From: a virus | Taxonomy: Duplodnaviria > Caudoviricetes | DNA: 60,912 nucleotides | Virus record (IMG/VR): IMGVR_UViG_3300003691_000005 | Location: 1 to 60,912 of that record | Reading direction: 5' to 3' (one strand) | The notes under the pieces: generated by a model | Seen by the model: the letters and a program-made list of their open reading frames with translations, nothing else | Told to the model about the DNA's origin: nothing | Database searches by the model: none | In this document: piece by piece, positions 57,078 through 60,912 of the stretch | How positions within the stretch are numbered: the first letter of the stretch is position 1 | Layout: the number at the start of each line of letters is the position of its first letter | Position numbers and translations under genes: made by a program

Positions 57078-58166
57078 ATGAAAACAGGCAAAAGTTTAAC
57101 CGAAATGGCTCAAGAGATTGAGCGCCAGAACAACACTAAACGCGACTTTGTAGCAGATAGCCGCAAGGTGTTTATGTCTCATGAGACCAATAACCTCGAG
57201 GTCAACCTCACTGAGGCCGGAGCGGATATTCAGCGTATAGAAGAATTCCCCGTTAAAAAGCACGCTCACGGCCAGCTTGCCCAGACTCTCAGCATTCCTA
57301 AACAGTATTATGATCGTATGCCGAACACCTTGCGAGCCGCGAACGTTAATCATTGGCTGAAAAATGAGCCTAAGACCAGAATGATTCGAACCCTGGACGA
57401 CGAAGTTAGAGCGGTTGTATCTAGTCGCTATCGTCAGTTGGACAACTTCGACTTAGCTCAGTCAATCATTCCGGTATTGATGGAGCAGGAGGATATGGTA
57501 GTAGAATCGTGCGATATCACAGAGACCAGAATGTACATTAAAGCCCTTTTCCCAAAAATTACGGGCGAATTAGGTTTGAATGACGCTGTACAGGCTGGGA
57601 TCGCAATCGGCAATAGTGAAGTAGGGGCCGGTTCGTTATATTCCGATCCTTTGGTTTATCGTTTGGTTTGTCTTAATGGCATGATCTCACCGGTCGGCAT
57701 GCGTCGAAACCATGTGGGAAAAAACCAAGGCAACCAGCAAGAGGCCGCCGAGCTATTCAGCGACCGAACGCGAGACCTTGACGATCGCGCATTTTGGGCG
57801 AAAACCCAAGACATCGTAAGGGCTACGGTTAATCAAGCCAGCTTTGAGCAGATAGTCAACAAGATGAAAGACACTAAAACCCAAGAATTGGGCGACCCTA
57901 TCGCGGTAGTTGAGCGAACCGTCAAAAAGTTTTCGTTAACTGAGGGCGAAGGTTCTGGAATTCTTGAACACCTTGTAACAGGTGGCGACCTTTCGGGCTT
58001 TGGCTTGTTGAATGCTGTAACTCGTTATAGCCAAGATATCGAAGATTATGATAGAGCTACCGACTTCGAGCGTTTAGGCGGTCAGATCATCGAATTGAAC
58101 CCGACCCAATGGTCTGAAATTGCAGCGCCTAAAGTATCGGTTAATCTTGGCGGTGTTGCAGCGTGA
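57078..58166 (+). CDS. DUF932-family protein
   Basis: RAVVSSRYRQLDN...NSEVGAGS...YRLVCLNGMI...GLLNAVTR. Confidence 0.8.
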   Translation: MKTGKSLTEMAQEIERQNNTKRDFVADSRKVFMSHETNNLEVNLTEAGADIQRIEEFPVKKHAHGQLAQTLSIPKQYYDRMPNTLRAANVNHWLKNEPKTRMIRTLDDEVRAVVSSRYRQLDNFDLAQSIIPVLMEQEDMVVESCDITETRMYIKALFPKITGELGLNDAVQAGIAIGNSEVGAGSLYSDPLVYRLVCLNGMISPVGMRRNHVGKNQGNQQEAAELFSDRTRDLDDRAFWAKTQDIVRATVNQASFEQIVNKMKDTKTQELGDPIAVVERTVKKFSLTEGEGSGILEHLVTGGDLSGFGLLNAVTRYSQDIEDYDRATDFERLGGQIIELNPTQWSEIAAPKVSVNLGGVAA

Positions 58167-58387
58167 ACGATCAACCTAAAGTCGATTTCAATTTTTGGTT
58201 TAACGAGCTAAGCAAACCAGCGCCCAGGGAGGGGCGCAAGTTTCATCATTCAATGGACATAAATTTCGAAGTGATAAGTTCAGACGAGCAGGGCCAGGAC
58301 GTAACAGGTGCCCAAGTTCGCGAGGCCTTAATTCTCAGAATGGACACCTTGAGCGATGACGAGCTTTTGAGCAATTGCGATGAATAA
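58163..58387 (+). CDS. Hypothetical protein
   Basis: GTGA overlap; 74 aa. Confidence 0.5.
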   Translation: MNDQPKVDFNFWFNELSKPAPREGRKFHHSMDINFEVISSDEQGQDVTGAQVREALILRMDTLSDDELLSNCDE

Positions 58388-58577
58388 CCCAGCGAGCGGG
58401 ATAATCTACCTTTGCTATTATTTGGCCGCAGTATTGGTCGGATCGGCTTGGTATTTATTGCTATCGATTAAGCCACCACTCCAACTGATCACGGGCGCGA
58501 TGCTTTTAATTCTGGTTATGGCTGGCTATGGCTTAATGGAAATTGGCGACCGATTAAGGGATAGCCCAGACAATTAA
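58380..58577 (+). CDS. Small 2-TM membrane protein
   Basis: Two hydrophobic helices. Confidence 0.5.
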   Translation: MNNPASGIIYLCYYLAAVLVGSAWYLLLSIKPPLQLITGAMLLILVMAGYGLMEIGDRLRDSPDN

Positions 58578-58600
58578 AACTATTTTTCATGTGCGCCCTT

Positions 58601-58626
58601 ATACCTCTTAATTGAGGTATTTTTTT
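58601..58626 (+). terminator. Rho-independent terminator
   Basis: ATACCTC-TTAATT-GAGGTAT-TTTTTT. Confidence 0.75.
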
Positions 58627-58658
58627 GGCCAAAATGTTACAATATAATCATGAATAGC

Positions 58659-58687
58659 TTGCAAGACATCTATACAATCTGTATAAA
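58659..58687 (+). promoter_or_regulatory. Early promoter
   Basis: TTGCAA-17nt-TATAAA. Confidence 0.6.
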
Positions 58688-58718
58688 AGGAGGCTCTAGC
58701 CACAGAACCGAGAACCTT

Positions 58719-59564
58719 ATGCAAAATCAAACAGTACAAACCTTCACAACTGGCCGAACTTATAACGGACCCCAAGTATTAGAATTTATAATAATCGCGC
58801 AAACCTTCGAACCTGACTGGGGCGATCATACTAGTACAGTAATCATGCGCGATGAGTCGCGTGGTCTATCGTATAAGATGGAAGTTATAGGAGGCGCCAC
58901 GGTGACAGGTAGCCAAGTTTTGGCAAAGTATGACGCCGGTTTTAATAGTCACGTCTCGCATTTAGAAGTTGAGGCCGTTTTTAATGAAGTGGTCGAGATG
59001 GATTTCACAGCTGAGCACGCCGAGCCCGACGAACTGCACGAGACCGGTTTATTACTCAAAGAGTACGACGAGAACGCCTCAAGATTCCCCCCAATCACAA
59101 CACCTCGTAAACGAGCGCAAATTAAAGCCTTGGCTAGCCACTTGATCAATACTGTTATCAGTTACAAGGATCACAACCGCTTCGACCTTGAGCGAGAAAT
59201 AGCCGTTACACCTGATTCTTTCATGCTTAACATTTATCAAGCTGGTTTTGATTTCGGGAATGTAGAGGGATTCAAAGAGGGCCGCGAGAGCGAATCCGGC
59301 AAGGTTGATTCAAGCATACGCTTCTTTTATAGGGCAGCTGATGAGCTAGCACACAAGGGAAGTGATAAAGGGGTTGAAGTTTATCGAGTAGTAAACGGTA
59401 AACCAACCTGCTACGCCTTCGACTACAGCTTAAAAGGCGCCAGCTGGGCAGGCTACCGAACAGAGGCAAATATAGCGCTAGCCGAAGCGCTCAAGATTGA
59501 ATTAGCCGATCCTTACAAGGTGAACGGGTTTAAAGATAGCTCTATCAGCATGGAGGAGTTTTAA
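58719..59564 (+). CDS. Hypothetical multi-domain early protein
   Basis: Start reassigned to ATG 58719, downstream of the promoter and GAGAACC leader; [12 protein letters not shown]-terminal motif. Confidence 0.65.
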   Translation: MQNQTVQTFTTGRTYNGPQVLEFIIIAQTFEPDWGDHTSTVIMRDESRGLSYKMEVIGGATVTGSQVLAKYDAGFNSHVSHLEVEAVFNEVVEMDFTAEHAEPDELHETGLLLKEYDENASRFPPITTPRKRAQIKALASHLINTVISYKDHNRFDLEREIAVTPDSFMLNIYQAGFDFGNVEGFKEGRESESGKVDSSIRFFYRAADELAHKGSDKGVEVYRVVNGKPTCYAFDYSLKGASWAGYRTEANIALAEALKIELADPYKVNGFKDSSISMEEF

Positions 59565-59566
59565 TT

Positions 59567-60085
59567 ATGAAAAATAAAATAAACTCTGAAACCGCGCCAC
59601 TTTATGCCGCCATCAGCAAAAAAGACGACGAGCAAAACGAGCGTATAGCGGAAAACGAAAAAATGATATTAGCGAGCGCTATAGCGATTATTGATAAGCG
59701 CTTTGAACGTGGCGAGGCTTTGATCAATCCCGAGCAAACTTCTAATTATCTCAAAATTCAAATCGGTGCAGAGACTAGCGAAGTATTTATGATGATATCA
59801 CTAGATAATCGAAACCAAGTTATAGCCTGCCATCGTTTATTTTTTGGCACTATCGATGGCGCTAGCGTATACCCTCGAGAAGTAGTCAAGCAGGCATTGG
59901 CCGACAATGCTGCCGCTGTTATATTTGCACATAATCACCCTTCCGGAGTGGCCGAACCAAGTCAGCCCGATATACGAATAACTGGCCAACTGAAAAAAGC
60001 GCTAGCTCTTATCGATATACGGGTACTAGATCATTTTATCATCGGCGCGAAAGTTGTTAGCTTTGCTGAAAGGGGATTAATATAA
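59567..60085 (+). CDS. radC: RadC-like JAB-domain protein
   Basis: EVF...LDNRNQVI...[17 protein letters not shown]...AHNHPSG..EPSQPDI.IT...VLDHFII. Confidence 0.92.
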   Translation: MKNKINSETAPLYAAISKKDDEQNERIAENEKMILASAIAIIDKRFERGEALINPEQTSNYLKIQIGAETSEVFMMISLDNRNQVIACHRLFFGTIDGASVYPREVVKQALADNAAAVIFAHNHPSGVAEPSQPDIRITGQLKKALALIDIRVLDHFIIGAKVVSFAERGLI

Positions 60086-60480
60086 TGAAATACCTTAGCC
60101 ACTATATCGAACAGCAACAAACCCAGTTATTCAACGACCTGGGCGCATTCTTCGCTTTCAGTGATAAACAATATGAGGAAGCTAAAAAACCTGATGTTGT
60201 TTATGTCTCTTGCGGTGGTGGATTAATCGCGCCAAAAGGCACAGTAGCTAAGCTGGCTGAAGGCCTCGCAACGATCCGCGCAGAAGGAATAAAGGAAGAT
60301 ATTGCAGAGAACGGCAAGGCCGCAATAATTCAGCGCGAACTAGGGAACTATGCGGCGCAGATCACCGGAGACATTGACGACACTGTAAGCGCTCTCGATG
60401 GCTATGACATATCGCGTGATGACGTTCGTTCGGCATATCCTGAATATCTCGCCCTTTGTGTTAAATATGATCATTTCTGA
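60085..60480 (+). CDS. Conserved phage hypothetical protein (AFFAFSDKQY...IQRELGNY)
   Basis: Coupled TAATG start; recognisable motif. Confidence 0.7.
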   Translation: MKYLSHYIEQQQTQLFNDLGAFFAFSDKQYEEAKKPDVVYVSCGGGLIAPKGTVAKLAEGLATIRAEGIKEDIAENGKAAIIQRELGNYAAQITGDIDDTVSALDGYDISRDDVRSAYPEYLALCVKYDHF

Positions 60481-60490
60481 GGGTCCGGGC

Positions 60491-60718
60491 ATGGTCAGCC
60501 AGCCAATCGGGAAAAGATCATCTATTGCACATTCCTATAAGGGGAAACTAAACGCTTTTATTCACTGGGCGCTCGTTTCTTTTATTGTCGTCGCTTGTGG
60601 GTTTCTTATCGATATCGCAATACAGGCCCCTAGCTCTCTGCTCTTTTCAGGTCCCGCCCTGCTCGCGTTCGCTGGGATCCTTTGGGACATAGTCGACGAA
60701 TACCAGCACGACACGTAA
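60491..60718 (+). CDS. Small 2-TM membrane protein
   Basis: RBS GAGG; two hydrophobic helices. Confidence 0.5.
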   Translation: MVSQPIGKRSSIAHSYKGKLNAFIHWALVSFIVVACGFLIDIAIQAPSSLLFSGPALLAFAGILWDIVDEYQHDT

Positions 60719-60762
60719 AGAATACAAACCACGCACCACAAACCAACCGAAACATTAAAACG

Positions 60763-60789
60763 GCCCTTTTCTCTGATTAGGGCTTTTTT
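60763..60789 (+). terminator. Probable Rho-independent terminator
   Basis: GCCCT...AGGGC followed by TTTTTT. Confidence 0.55.
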
Positions 60790-60912
60790 ATGCCTGTATA
60801 CAATCACTTAGACGCCCCAGTTTAGCCGCTAAGCTATTATTATTAGTACACCAAGGCCCTGCTATGGCTATAATTGTTTAAATTCACTGCGTTTATCCCT
60901 TGAGGTCTCATG

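Noticed and set aside
58650-58718. N-terminal extension of the 304-aa ORF
   Set aside because: It overlaps a good promoter; ATG 58719 with the shared leader motif is the more plausible start.
60850-60912. Terminal direct repeat with the window start
   Set aside because: No sequence overlap with bases 1-60 was seen, so circularity cannot be claimed.

Overview
The window is most or all of a ~61 kb tailed dsDNA phage genome with podovirus-like morphogenesis, probably infecting a Gammaproteobacterium (judged from the SSB and the sigma70-type promoters). It begins inside the terminase small subunit gene. Gene order: terS, terL, portal, scaffold, major capsid, head-tail adaptor/nozzle, tail fibre, ejection (internal virion) proteins, two giant polyvalent proteins (ParB-like, SAP-like and C5-cytosine methyltransferase domains; zincin metallopeptidase and LPD38-like domains), a second fibre, a leftward Cro-like/RecT/YqaJ operon, ssb, a long structured non-coding region, an initiator C-terminal-domain-only gene, a nin-like accessory region, NinG, lysis genes, three more large virion-like proteins, and an early region with repeated promoters, DUF932 and RadC/JAB. 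I found no integrase, DNA polymerase, primase or helicase. Two features stand out. (1) At 41057-41903 there are two complete integron-type gene cassettes. Their attC sites have canonical geometry, their core sites are perfectly complementary, and each sits in a copy of a 33-bp phage-borne attI-like site. The ORFs run opposite to the usual cassette orientation and there is no IntI gene. (2) At 38708-39220 a sense/antisense promoter pair drives a long structured non-coding RNA, resembling an RNA-primed (ColE1/MRB-like) replicon. All product calls come from motif recognition by eye; no database searches were run.
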